Positions 23,201-34,109 of a stretch of 64,000 bases of DNA are shown here, one piece after another. The stretch is from Lytechinus pictus (Eukaryota), in NCBI RefSeq assembly GCF_037042905.1, contig NC_087250.1, positions 15,254,001-15,318,000 on the forward strand. The letters run 5' to 3'. The notes below the pieces were generated by a model. It was not told the origin of the DNA and ran no database searches. It saw only the letters and a list, made by a program, of their open reading frames with translations. Every line of letters begins with the position of its first letter. The first letter of the stretch is position 1. The position numbers and the translations under genes were made by a program.

Positions 23201-26200
23201 GCAGATTCCCACTGCCTTCCTGGAGTGCAAATAATGACTCTTTGATCTGATAAATGAAATAAATAATATAGGATTTGTATAGCGCACGTATCCACCTTAC
23301 TAGGCGCTCCTATATTACCCCGGCTAAGCTAGTCTACCGATTCTGGTGCGCACAGCGTTTTGAGGAATTACTTCCTGCCGATACCCATTTACCTCACCTG
23401 GGTCGAGTGCAGCACAGTGTGGATAAATTTCTTGCTGAAGGAAAACACGCCATGGCTAGGATTCGAACCCACGACCCTCTGTTTGAAAGGCGAGAGCCAG
23501 AACCACCAGACCACGACGCGCCCACACCATCATACATTCTTCAAATTGGCATCTTTGGTCCTTTTTTTTCTTTAGAAGTATAGTGTATAACCTTGAAATC
23601 TATCAATAATTTAGAGAAAAGGACCTTCTTACCTCATATGCAAACGTCTCAATATCTTCCAGTTGATTTTTCAGTTGGCTGATGAGCTCTGCTTGCTTCT
23701 CTCTCTGCTCTGTGATTTTACTCTCATGCTCTCGTTCGCACTGCCAAAAGAGAAAGACTTTCACAATAGCATATATACACAATGAAGATAAATATATTGG
23801 CAGTGAGAACACAACTGGGCGTTGTGGCGTGCATCTGTAATCCAAGCTACATGTACATGTACGTGTGGAGGTTGCAAATTGGTGCAGAGGTTCAAGGTTC
23901 GAGCACAGGTCATATCTTTCGGATGGTGACGTTAAAGGTCTACACCAGATGTGTATAATCATATTAATGGGCACCTATGCCCATGAGCAAGGCATTTAAT
24001 CGACAATGCTCTTTTATCCTGCACTCAAATAAATGGAAATGCTATAAGGATTCCTGGTAACTAGGTGTGCACTTGTTAAAAAAAAAAAAAAAAATCATAT
24101 CTGACTGATATGCATCTTTGAAACCCAACTGCACATACACACACACGTTTATTAGAAATTACAAATACTTAGTGCTTCACAGACTACAACTACATGTAGT
24201 TGGGTTTTTTTTTTCAATACACTTTTAATTTACTCTGCTTTATTATATGGTTATATTGGCAATGCTCACTTCCTAACTGATGAGGGACTTCTTGGCCTGG
24301 CATTGTGGTATAGTGGTTCAGTCACTTGACTGTTAATTCAAGAGTAAAGGGTTCAAATCCCATCCGGTGCTAATGTCCATATTTGTATTTGTCACTCTCC
24401 ACCCAGGTGTTAAATGTGTACCCGGTATAGGATGTGAACGTCAATGGGATTAGATTGGCATTTGTGCACCGATAAACTGTTCCTGGCCAAGATAATCCCC
24501 AGGGAGTGGAAATGGTGCACTCTATGTGTGGAACAGTGGTGGATCCAATGACCAGGGTAATGATGATTACATGTAAAGTGCTTAGAAACGCAAAGTATTA
24601 AGCACTATATAAATGTAACTTGTACGCTCTTGGCTTAATGACTATTGAAATCTACAAGATAGTTGATTACTCTGAGATGAAAAAATACTTACATCATCTT
24701 CTAATGTGTTTGCATCTTGTGATTTAGATCCTCTGACGTCAGGACATCCTTTGAAAGCAAATTCCTCCAGCTCCTTCAGTAAATCCTAGGGTCAAAGGTC
24801 AAACAGATTTATAAGGTCAAAGGTCATACATCCCCATTGGTGATTTATACGTCCACTTTTAAAGATAAATGTCAGTTGTGGTAATGATCTCAAAATGAGT
24901 TCAAACAGAATACAATAAAATTAACAACAAGTGTTTGTATACATAGATTAATGAGCAAAGTGGCTCTGGAAGAAAATGTGTAAATGCTGAGAAAGGGCAA
25001 ACAAATTTATAAGGTTAAAGGTAAAAGAAAGTACTGTACTTGCAGGAAACAATTATTTGATAAGAAAGTCTTTAAAATCAAACTTAAATGCTACCATATT
25101 ATCATACATGTAGGCCTAGATCTAGTTCTGGTACATTGAAGTAAACTAGTCTTTGTGAAATCTTGAAATCTTAGCTGAAAACAGATAATTCTGATAATCA
25201 CTAACACAAAAATGCATGTAGGACAGAGTATTAATACTGTTAGGAAAAATACCCAACATATTATGGAAAGCTTATTTTGCTAATTTCTCAGCAATGCACA
25301 TTTTTTACAGAGCCAATTTGGTGCATATTTTTTATTTATAAATACAAACACTTGGGTGGTCATTTTATTTTGTCCGAACACCAGTCTGGATATATTTGCA
25401 CCGGTGACCGCCATCATCAATCACCTATTCGACTCAGGCTTAGCTCAGACTGTATTTTCTTCCTTATTGTGGCACTGGGGTCAATTCACATTTACCTATA
25501 AAGCTGCCGAAGTTGGGGCAATGGGGTCCATTCACACTTACCTCTTTCTCTTCACCCTCTGATGTCACAACTTGCTTGAGTCTGAACTGGACTTGGGCGA
25601 AGTGAGAAGTGAGTGCAAGGAGAGAAGAATTCAACTGATCTTGTTCCTCTTCGAGATTTCTCAACTGATCTGCCATGTGAACATGACTGCAAAAAGAGAA
25701 AAGTTACACGTATGATTACTCAGCTGACCTGCCATGTGAACATGACTCTACTGTAAATAAAAGAGAAAGGTTACCAGCATGTTTATTCAGCTGATCTGCT
25801 ATGTGAACATGACTGCAAAAGAAAGAGAAAAGTTACAAGTATAGTAACTCAGCAGACCTGCCATGTGAACATGACTCTACTGTAAATAAAAGAGAAAGGT
25901 TATGAGCATGTTTGTTCAGCTGATCTGCTATGTGAACATGAATGTAAATAAAAGAGAAAAGTTAAAATGTACGTTAACTCAGCTGACCCGCCACGTGAAT
26001 ATGACTATACTGTAAATAAAAGAGAAAGGTCACAAGTATGCTAAAGCCCAGCGCACACTATGCAATGCGAACGCACTAAGATCCGATTCCAACAAGTTGC
26101 CAATCTCATCTCAGTGCAATCAGATTGCAGGCCAGCGCACATATTGCAACAGCTCTGCAGCGCGTTGCATCTCATGGCGCCTCTTCTTTTGCATGTATGT

Positions 26201-26919
26201 TGTCTATGCAGCAGAAGCGCAGCGAATTGGCCTTGACGTCATCGTCTAGGACAAATCTGATCGGCTGAAATCAACAAAGTCGCTGAGGAATAGCAGAGAA
26301 ATTTGACAGGTCAAATGTCTGAGATTTGGGCTGATCCTACTTCGACAAGGCAGGTCGCTTTTGCAGCACGTTGTTGGTTGGGCACACTCTGTCGTTTTGT
26401 TGCAATCGCATTGCAGAGTGTGCGCTGGGCTTAATCAGCTGACCTGCCATGTGAACATGACTGGACTGTAAATAAAGGAGAAAAGTGAAGTTTGTTAATT
26501 CAGCTGATCTGCTATTTGAACATGACTATACTGTAAATAAAACAGAAAATTCACATTATGTTAAAGTGCATTTTAAGCCATTTCAAACAAATTTGGGCAA
26601 ATTCTTCAACCAAATCCAAGTCTCTATAACAAAACATTGCTTTTGTTCATTTTATGTCTGCCAAAAAAAGTAAATTAGCAAACACAATCTTTCACATTTT
26701 GGGGTCAGTCAGACGAGGGCAATATAAGATCTTTTTTTTTAATTAAAAGGATGATACTTGTCCACCTCTATGATCATATGATAACCACACTTACCTCTGT
26801 TCGCCCATGATGGTAGGGGGCGAGGGGGCAACAGCGCCGACAGGGGCCCATCTCTCTCCCTTCGGCCGCTCCCCATCAAAGTTCTCCATGGAATCATCAG
26901 TGAGCACCGAGTCATCCAT
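11098..26919 (-). CDS. RUNDC1: RUN domain-containing protein 1, complete spliced CDS (14 coding exons, 1761 nt, 586 aa)
   Basis: Exons (minus): 26795-26919, 25542-25686, 24693-24785, 23633-23740, 22368-22520, 20954-21112, 20247-20369, 18034-18176, 17687-17795, 16725-16820, 14972-15085, 13172-13362, 12182-12276, 11098-11204. All junctions are GT-AG with consistent phase. Peptides match RUNDC1 as I recall it (RWAPVGAVA, LLALTSHFAQVQFRLKQVV, ESPARRLSQAF, LPVDLAIKQFQNIKDAF*). There is an in-frame TGA upstream of the ATG. Confidence 0.96.
11461..11768. mobile_element. CWG-type MITE with a second MITE nested at 11594-11736 (TSD CAG); the inner family also occurs at ~5990-6140
   Basis: Host TIRs are interrupted by GGGCCCGTTGCAGAAAGAGTTGC...GCAACGGGCCA flanked by cag/cag. 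Confidence 0.8.
12182..12276 (-). CDS. RUNDC1: RUNDC1 coding exon 13 (EQKLASWCRLVCRTHTLMDSFYQSWSYMLRS)
   Basis: cccacag acceptor, G|gtattt donor, NEQxLxSW...YQxWSY conserved. Confidence 0.95.
12472..12636. mobile_element. ~160-bp MITE (GGGAGCGTTTCAT family); copies at 18741-18903 and 42573-42729
   Basis: TIRs, CWG flanks, several copies. Confidence 0.8.
13172..13362 (-). CDS. RUNDC1: RUNDC1 coding exon 12 (KGKQFAESPARRLSQAF...FKAFVCQAL)
   Basis: tttacag acceptor, gtatgt donor, conserved RUN-domain peptide. Confidence 0.96.
14379..14707 (+). mobile_element. Penelope-like pseudo-LTR fragment with inverted 5' segment, inserted in a MITE (14338-14843)
   Basis: ~36-bp inverted duplication, hammerhead-like GAAGA-stem-GAAAC, motifs shared with the 58900-59106 element, ~14-bp imperfect TSD. 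Confidence 0.6.
14972..15085 (-). CDS. RUNDC1: RUNDC1 coding exon 11 (MSTSQALMTPITACL...HAWEVFSKYFEIK)
   Basis: tttcag acceptor, gtaaga donor, HxWExFxKY conserved. Confidence 0.95.
16725..16820 (-). CDS. RUNDC1: RUNDC1 coding exon 10, RUN domain start (SPVSRPLDDVTIAVRRELAPALRALFEHGLIR)
   Basis: cctag acceptor, gtaagt donor, RUN-domain HGL motif. Confidence 0.95.
17687..17795 (-). CDS. RUNDC1: RUNDC1 coding exon 9 (DLLQNLDKATERVIELARKK...SSD)
   Basis: tttcag acceptor, gtaagt donor, phase 2 to 0 consistent. Confidence 0.92.
18034..18176 (-). CDS. RUNDC1: RUNDC1 coding exon 8 (KIRESNISAMKKALAVLQYITISQLGCG...ADY)
   Basis: ttttattgcag acceptor, gtaggt donor, ALAVLQ...SQxGC conserved. Confidence 0.92.
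18305..18612. mobile_element. hAT-like MITE
   Basis: CAGGGCCCTGGGAA...TTCCCAGGGCCATG with a perfect 8-bp TSD GAAATAGA. Confidence 0.85.
20247..20369 (-). CDS. RUNDC1: RUNDC1 coding exon 7 (APPSRDIDAGSDGG...KGKTKEELK)
   Basis: Pyrimidine tract and tag acceptor, AAG|gtacgt donor, open phase-0 frame covering the variable linker. Confidence 0.85.
20390..20930. repeat. Degenerate (CAT)n microsatellite filling most of a RUNDC1 intron
   Basis: Direct reading; explains the His/Met/Asp-rich ORFs. Confidence 0.9.
20954..21112 (-). CDS. RUNDC1: RUNDC1 coding exon 6 ([32 protein letters not shown]...CECEVHKL)
   Basis: ctttcag acceptor, gtgagt donor, conserved peptide. Confidence 0.95.
21950..22345. 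mobile_element. MITE with ACATTTGCTCC TIRs and internal TTAGGG-like repeats, interrupted by a second element (22010-22195); relatives at ~14165-14335 and ~58745-58900
   Basis: TIRs visible; inner element CAGGGGTGTGAG...CTCACACCCCTG. Confidence 0.65.
22368..22520 (-). CDS. RUNDC1: RUNDC1 coding exon 5 (EGTGNLPHTKVMEKQ...STEELKQRVDSAIGR)
   Basis: tttgcag acceptor, gtaagt donor, LSTEELKQRVD conserved. Confidence 0.95.
23262..23523 (-). mobile_element. tRNA-derived SINE; copies at ~30715-31033 (-), ~36700-36983 (-), ~48975-49640 (+, interrupted)
   Basis: A box TGGTCTGGTGG and B box GGTTCGAATCC, central GACCCAGGTGAGGTAAATGGGTA, L2-like tail GCGCTATACAAAT..TATTATT. Confidence 0.85.
23633..23740 (-). 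CDS. RUNDC1: RUNDC1 coding exon 4 (CEREHESKITEQREKQAELISQLKNQLEDIETFAYE)
   Basis: ttttggcag acceptor, gtaaga donor, conserved coiled-coil peptide. Confidence 0.95.
23814..23940 (+). mobile_element. SINE fragment with a 7SL (SRP Alu-domain)-like head and a Deu-like segment
   Basis: ACTGGGCGTTGTGGCGTGCATCTGTAATCCAAGCTAC resembles the 7SL/Alu 5' end; followed by TCTTTCGGATGGTGACGTTAAAGGTC. Confidence 0.65.
24298..24615 (+). mobile_element. tRNA-derived SINE (second family); related copy at ~48024-48300
   Basis: TGGTATAGTGG and GGTTCAAATCC boxes, CTCCACCCAGGTG core, AAGCACTATATAAAT tail. Confidence 0.75.
24693..24785 (-). CDS. RUNDC1: RUNDC1 coding exon 3 (DLLKELEEFAFKGCPDVRGSKSQDANTLEDD)
   Basis: cctag acceptor, gtaagt donor, ELEEFAFKGCP conserved. 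Confidence 0.95.
25542..25686 (-). CDS. RUNDC1: RUNDC1 coding exon 2 (HVHMADQLRNLEEEQDQLNSSLLALTSHFAQVQFRLKQVVTSEGEEKE)
   Basis: tttttgcag acceptor, gtaagt donor, conserved peptide. Confidence 0.95.
25687..26550. repeat. ~63-bp tandem repeat derived from the RUNDC1 exon-2 acceptor, interrupted by a MITE at 26042-26434
   Basis: Seven extra copies of CAGCTGAYCTGCYATGTGAACATGACT...AAAGAGAAA; MITE TIR AGCCCAGCGCACACT. Confidence 0.85.
26795..26919 (-). CDS. RUNDC1: RUNDC1 coding exon 1 (MDDSVLTDDSMENFDGERPKGERWAPVGAVAPSPPTIMGEQ)
   Basis: ATG at 26919, donor AG|gtaagt at 26794. The 5' UTR part of the exon probably extends to an acceptor at 26993. Confidence 0.9.
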
Positions 26920-28213
26920 CAGTCTTGATAGCGCAGGGGTCAGAGGTCGAAGGTCGGGTGATCAAGGTCAAGGAATTAAAGGTTCCAGATTACTAGGGAT
27001 CAAACCAGCAAAAGAGAATATAAAGCATTGAATACTTAGCATGAGCTTGTAATTTTATGTTGAGCAGAACAGCTAATCTCAGCAGAGTTTTCTGCTTCAA
27101 TAATGATGATTGTCACTTACATGTAATTGAATTCATTTCAATTAGGTCTATCCTTGGAAACGGTAAGGAAAGCATGGTGGTTTCAACTTTGGCTGACTTG
27201 GATTTTACTGGGAAAGTAAAATAAAACAAATCTTGTAAGAATAGTAATAAGGCATAAGTCTGACAGTTCGAACGTTGGTCCAGTTTTTCCTTGGATTATA
27301 CCGTTCCTTTTGATACTACCGATTTTCAGATAAAGTGCTGAAAATATATGTTTATACTGATGTTTTGTTTCTTACTTTAGAAAATTGATTGCCGGAGATG
27401 AAAAACTGGCAGCATCGTAAAATATCATGAAGTGATTTTATGATATTTATTAGCCGATGCAAGTATTTTACAATCCATGATATTTATCGGCCGACAAAAG
27501 TATTTTTTTATCTAAGTTGGAACTGCTCATGCCTCTATACACATCTGTATCTTTGGCTATGATAACAAAGACGGCAAGATGGCGACAATGTGAGTATAGC
27601 TCATCTTTTTTTTCTTCTTTTTTTATTCATCATTTTTCGTGTAAAAAGAATGTTATTTTTTCCTAGTGGGGGGAAATGGGGGCTTAGCCCATATACAATA
27701 AGTATAGTATTGGTAAACAATGTTTATTTGAATAAATAGAGAAAAATAAAACCTGCATATTGCTGAAAATTTCATCAAAATCGGATGTAAAATAAGAAAG
27801 TTATGACATTTTAAAGTTTTGCTTATTTTTCACAAAACAGTGATATGCACAACTCAGTGACATGCAAATGAGTCAGTCGATGATGTCCATCGCTCACTAT
27901 TTCTTTTGTTTTTTATTGTTTGAATTACACATTATTTCATTTTTTTACAGATTTAACAAGAAGGACCAACTTGACTGAACCATATAGTATTATAAAACAA
28001 TGCTAATTTCACATGTTCAGGGAGGAATCATTGTTGTTTGACTTGACAATGAGGAGAAAATTAGAATATTTCATATTTCATATAATAAAATACAAAGGAA
28101 ATAGTGAGTGGATGACGTCATCAGTCTCCTCAATTGCATACCAGCCAGTATCAGTATGGGATACTTGGTATATGTGGGTCTATACCATCCCGTCCCAGGC
28201 TCCATGGAGAGTA

Positions 28214-29086
28214 CCTCGAGCGAAGTTCTTGCAGGCTCCACTCCACTTCACTACCGCTACACTACACTCCACCTACCCGAACTTCGAGACCGTGAACTCG
28301 ATCTGATATTCCGAGTGACAAAGGTGGGATTTTATGGGGGGAAAATATAAAATTCATGCAACATCACATTTAAAAACAATTCAAACTAATATTCTTACTT
28401 TACACCAAGTTTCACTTCTTTTCCATGCTTCTATCAGTCTCAAATTGGTGATTTAGAGCCAACATGAAGTTCCTCACACGTACAGTAGAGGCGCACGGCC
28501 AATATTGGAGACTGTCTCCAATGTGGGAGATTATCTCCAATATCAGAGACTTTTGTAAAGAATTTGGGTATCCAATTTCAGATACAGTCTCCAGTTTTGG
28601 AGTCCAATTTTCTTTGTTTATGTACATTTGCTGCAAAAGGATTACCTTGGCGGCAAATAAAAATGTGATAAGCAGATTCCTCATGAAAAATTACCCCTTT
28701 TCACCGTCTACTTTAAATATTCACCGTCTACTTTTGTTTTGATAAGGATTTTTGTTGTCAATCCCAAACAAAACAAATGGGCTTCTGACCTCAGTGAGAC
28801 AACATTTTGGGTGGAAAAATCATGCTTTTGTTGGTTTTGTTTCTTTTGTCCTTTTGCAAAGCAAGTCTCCAATGTGGGAGATTGTCTCCCCTATTGGAGA
28901 GTCTCCCATATTGGCTGTGCGCCTCTACTGAAGTGATGTATGAATAATTCGCTGCCGATTTCAAAACATCGCATGCGCGGGGGTCCGAGCACGGACCGGA
29001 GCCGGTATCTCGCGCATATCGCATGCGATGTTTGAAATCGGCAGCGAATTATATGTGTGAGGAACCTGCACGAACTTCGCTCGAGG
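28214..29086. mobile_element. TA-flanked element with nested inverted repeats, containing a Tc1/mariner-like MITE at 28483-28930
   Basis: TA-CCTCGAGCGAAGTTC...GAACTTCGCTCGAGG-TA; inner CAGTAGAGGCGCAC...GTGCGCCTCTACTG. Confidence 0.7.
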
Positions 29087-29279
29087 TAGGAAAAGAAGTA
29101 AAACTTTGTGTAAAACAGTCATTTTTTAATTTTAGTGAGGCTCCAGCACTCCAGGCTAATCTTATCCGAAAGATGCGCTCTAAAACTAACTGAGCTAAGC
29201 TACTGTACGCTGCCTCCCTTTGCCTTGGTAATGATCTGTAGAAGAATATTTTACACAAATAAGAGTAAGACATAATGTT

Positions 29280-29830
29280 CAAATAGTTTTCAACGACAAC
29301 GTAGGCCTATATGAAAACAAAGTCCGGCGTATTGCCGTGTTTACTGGGTCCCGATCCATATCCCCTGCCCATCAGCGAACCATCGTCGTTCCCTTCCCCT
29401 ACAACTCTGGCGCAAGAACCCGGCGATTTGCCTATCGGTATCAATTAATCATCAACATCATCGAACAAACACTACATTTTCGATCTTGAATAAAATAATC
29501 CACAGCAATATTTATATATTCTTACGATAATTACAGCGTTGCATACATATTGCTCTTCACACTTAACGATCTGTTGACCTTAAAATACCATCTGGCATCT
29601 ACTGATTCAGGAAAATATGGCTCGAAAAATCATCGCATGCACGGCGAAAGCGATACAAAGTACGCGAATGTATGGTAACCTCGCGCCCATTTCCATTTCA
29701 ATTCTAAATTCAAAGAACTAACGAAAAATATATGGAGACGAGGTAGGCAGTAAAGACGTCATCAGAGTTACGCTTGCGTGTGCTCTTTATTGGGGGGGGG
29801 GGGGGGGGGGGAGGGGTAGCCGGAGGGGTA
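29280..29830 (-). promoter_or_regulatory. CpG-rich putative RUNDC1 promoter and non-coding first exon
   Basis: Locally high CpG, candidate donor gtaag at 29525 (minus), GACGTCA CRE-like site near 29756, upstream of the acceptor at 26993. Confidence 0.4.
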
Positions 29831-30199
29831 CGTAGGCGGATCGAATAAATATAATCATGTCATACTTTCAATCATTCAAGTGGCGTAACTTATAGAGGAA
29901 AGAGGGGGAATTAGCAGGGCACTACCGCGGGTAGGAAGGACCGCGGGAATTTAAAAAAGAAAAAGAAAAAATACACGAGAAAATTAAAAATAATAAATTC
30001 AGGGTAGTTCATTACCCCCCCCCCTTTCCGGCACATTTAGAATTTGAATGAATGTATTTTTAAAAGAAATAATCTTTACTGGCTCTTTATCGTTATTTTT
30101 TTATATTTGTATTTCATTTTTACTATTTTTTTATTTATTGGTTATTTTTTTTGTAATGTTCGATCGGTCTCAAGAATACATATCGTATACATGTATAAC

Positions 30200-30660
<461 letters not shown>

Positions 30661-32899
30661 TCCAATAGAAGCCTTTTACCCGTTTTTATAATAATGATAA
30701 TGAAAATAAAAGTAATAATACAATAGTAATAATAATGAATAATAATGATAACAATAATAATAGCTGGATTTATAATGCACTTTTTGTTTTGCCTCAGAAT
30801 ACAAAGCGCTGCTATTTGTTACCCCGGCTGAGCTCGAGCTATCATCACCAGCGCATTTACAGTGCATGCAATGAATGATTCTACCTGAAACCCATTCACC
30901 TCACCTGGGTCGAGTGCAGCAGAGTGCGGATGAATTTCTTGCTGAAGAAAAACACAACATGGCTAGGATTCGAACACACGACCCTCTGTTTGAAAGGCGA
31001 GAGTCATCAGAACCACTAGACCATGACGCGCCCGACACTTGTTTTTACCCTTTATATCTACTTTTTGAGAGTAGGACATAAAGAATGAACACTGTTATAT
31101 TTTGTACTTTGAACTGAAAAGTTTATAATGACCTGACTGAAAGGGAAAATTTTACTCAACCCCCCCCCCCCCTCCACCCGAGTAGCCCCCAGTGCCGCAC
31201 CCGAGGACATTTGAGAAGGGAGCTAAATCTCCGCTTTAGGCACACGATGCACCTCGTTGTTTTTATTGTTTGTACAAATAAGTAATGTGCCCCATAAAGG
31301 CAGGCCCCGCCCCCCAAAAATAATAATAAAATTGAACTATATACTATTAAAAATAACAGAAAATCACCATTAGTGACAATTGTACACATATATTTTAAAA
31401 CACAATTAACGCAGTTTGGGTGGGGCCTACATAAAAAAGCCATATTAATTGCATTCTATAGTGTGGGGCAAATTATGTAGCCGATACGAGAGAGGGTCGA
31501 TATATACGTAAGGGCATTAAGAGAAGGTTTTAATTAAATGCCCTTTCATGCATGACATGAATTTCAGATATCATTCACCTATAATTCAATCTTCTCTGGA
31601 CTATTCATGACCTTTCAGGGGCCGCAAAAAACAAAATGAACAAACAATATGAAATAAAAGCGAATCAACTCCAGGGACGAGATCGATTGTCTATAGAGTA
31701 AAAAAAAAATTAATTCACGAAGGGCACATTTCATTTTGAAAAAGACCCCACATTTTATTTTGAAAAAGGGTACATTTCATTTTGAACAAAGGGATTTTTT
31801 AATCATTTATTATTATTTTTTTTAATTATTTTTTGGGGGGTGGGGGAGGGGGGGGGGTTGCCACCTGCCCCCGTATCATTATGATCACAATTAGATCCAA
31901 CTTAATTCACTCCATGTTTCCATTGTAATGCAAACGCAGAACCTAATTAGTGCCATGCATTAGGCATATTATTTCCATCTGGTCTTAATTCATCAAGAAA
32001 ATAGATGATAATCTTTATGTTTAAATCTAGCTAGAACAAGAGTTATTAAAAGGCGTGAATATGCGTCTGCATTGGGGGGGGGGGTTAATTTGGTGCCCCT
32101 CAAATGACTATTAAAACAGCTGCCCGGGGGCACAGAAAGAAATATAATTTTATGTCAAAATTGATCATCACAAAATCGTATAATTTTATGTCTAAAAGAT
32201 TTAATTTTTCGTTCACTTGCATTTTTGTAATTGGGGGGGGGGGGGGGATTTGCCTGAGTTTTGGGGGCCGATCGAGGGGTATTCATGCACGTCATACTAT
32301 TCTAGTGGGGGTGAACATAGATATATATATAGAAAACTAGGATCACCCCCCCCCGGCCCCGGCCTTAATGAACAATTATTCACCCATCACGATTAAATCA
32401 ACAAATATATGCTTATGTAGGACGCGGCGTACCCTTTCCCCCCCCCTCTCTCTCTCTCTTATCTCTTATTCTCACCCGCATACGCACTCACTTGCACACA
32501 CTTCATCTTGCCCCTTTTTCTTCCCCCTTTCCTTTTATTATATTTTAAGCAATATAAGTGACATCACTTTTAAATAATAAAGACCAACTAAAGTATTTTT
32601 ATTATGGTTTCCATGTAGCCTTCTCTTCCCCTGGCTGCTATTATTTCAAGCTTTCAGCTTACGATAGCTGGCCTCTGCATTTAAATTCATTTGTTATTGT
32701 TTACATGAATTATGTCTATATAGGCCTATATCTAGTTAACTACTATACAATTGTCACCTTATTTGTATCTTTATGTATGTTTGATTTTATATCATTGTTA
32801 TAAATTTGTAATTTTGATTTATTAATAAATGCAAATACCTACTTTAAAATCTCCAAAATTTTGTGGCCCGCAGCAAAATAATATTTTGAGCGTTATGGT

Positions 32900-33138
32900 A
32901 AATGGACAGACCCCGTGACAGACCCATACATATCCCCCTTAATCATCACCTACCCCGCCCCCGTTTGACGGCAGGATTTATAGCGCAAATGAGGTGGGTG
33001 TCCGCTGATCTTGCGTTCTTTTCCATATTTCAGGTACGATTTTCGCGCTATACATACCCTACGTACGTACGTACCGCAAAAAGTCAGAGGATCAGAAGAT
33101 CACTTTGTTTGTTCATTTTATTTGTTTATTTTTATCGG
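32900..33138 (+). promoter_or_regulatory. CpG-rich putative OSBPL11-like promoter and non-coding first exon
   Basis: GC box CCCCGCCCCC at 32953-32962, CpG-rich, candidate donor CGG|gtaaga at 33139. Confidence 0.45.
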
Positions 33139-34109
33139 GTAAGAGCTAATTTTTCTCTTTCTTGTGTGTGCTGATTGAAACATTTAGGATCTATCGTATG
33201 TGGAATGGTATTGCGTTGCTTCTTATGATTTATAATAAGCATCATTTTGTTACCAATCACGTCAATAAAATGTAGTCTACCTCCGCTTACGTTGCCCCAC
33301 TAACCCGTTTTGGTGTTGTGTGTAACAAAGCTTTGGTCCGACTTTTTTTTAATCTTTAGAAAGTTTAGTGACTTGTTAAAAAACAAACATAGTATTAGTA
33401 ACGTACGTGTGACTGCATCAAAGAGTGGCATGGAAGGAGGGAGTGTCATGATGGCGCGAGTGTCAGTAACCGGCGGTACCCAGATTCAGAGTCAGATCTC
33501 AGAACATTGACATTGTCAAATTAATATATTATAATGACATTTTGTCTTTGATTGCCAATCATTCTTTTTTGTCATTCGTGAATCGTGTCATTGCTGAAAT
33601 TGGAATGAAAAAAAAGGAAAGAATCAATTCAAAGACAAAGTTACGTAACAGGTTACACTGACATATGACAAGGGTAGTATGATATTTTAGTCATTGAGAT
33701 ACCGATGAAATATTGATGACGACAGGTGGCTGTAATGATGGTGATCAGGTTGCTACACAACTTTTTTGAAGCACTTGCCCAGTCGGGCAAGTGAAATCCT
33801 TGGAAAATACTTGCCCGAAAATATATTTCACTTCCCCAGAAAAGAGTTTTTAAAACGTTTTACCACTTCAAAAGAAAGTAGTGCAGTTTTATTGCTTTTT
33901 TCCTCTCTTTTAAACGTGAACTGGCCTGTGTATCTTGTAGTTGTAATATTGTAAAAAAAATTCAAAGTGATTCTATCTTGCCTGCCATGACTGAAATTAG
34001 TTTCAATATGCCATTTTATTAATTCCCTCTATCATATATTTTCATGTACTTTTGTAAATGTCCATGGCACAAAATAAAAAAGGGAATCACTGAAAACAAC
34101 GAACTAAAA

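Noticed and set aside
23450..23523. tRNA genes at A/B-box sites (also ~24300, ~30960, ~48030, ~56880)
   Set aside because: They continue into SINE bodies or are degenerate, with no convincing cloverleaf or terminator
23814..23870. Human Alu contamination or a functional 7SL RNA gene
   Set aside because: Only the first ~45 nt resemble 7SL/Alu, there is no S domain or dimeric Alu body, and it is embedded in a coherent intron
25687..26550. Regularly spaced repeats resembling a CRISPR array
   Set aside because: The intervening parts are also homologous; the unit is a copy of a splice acceptor
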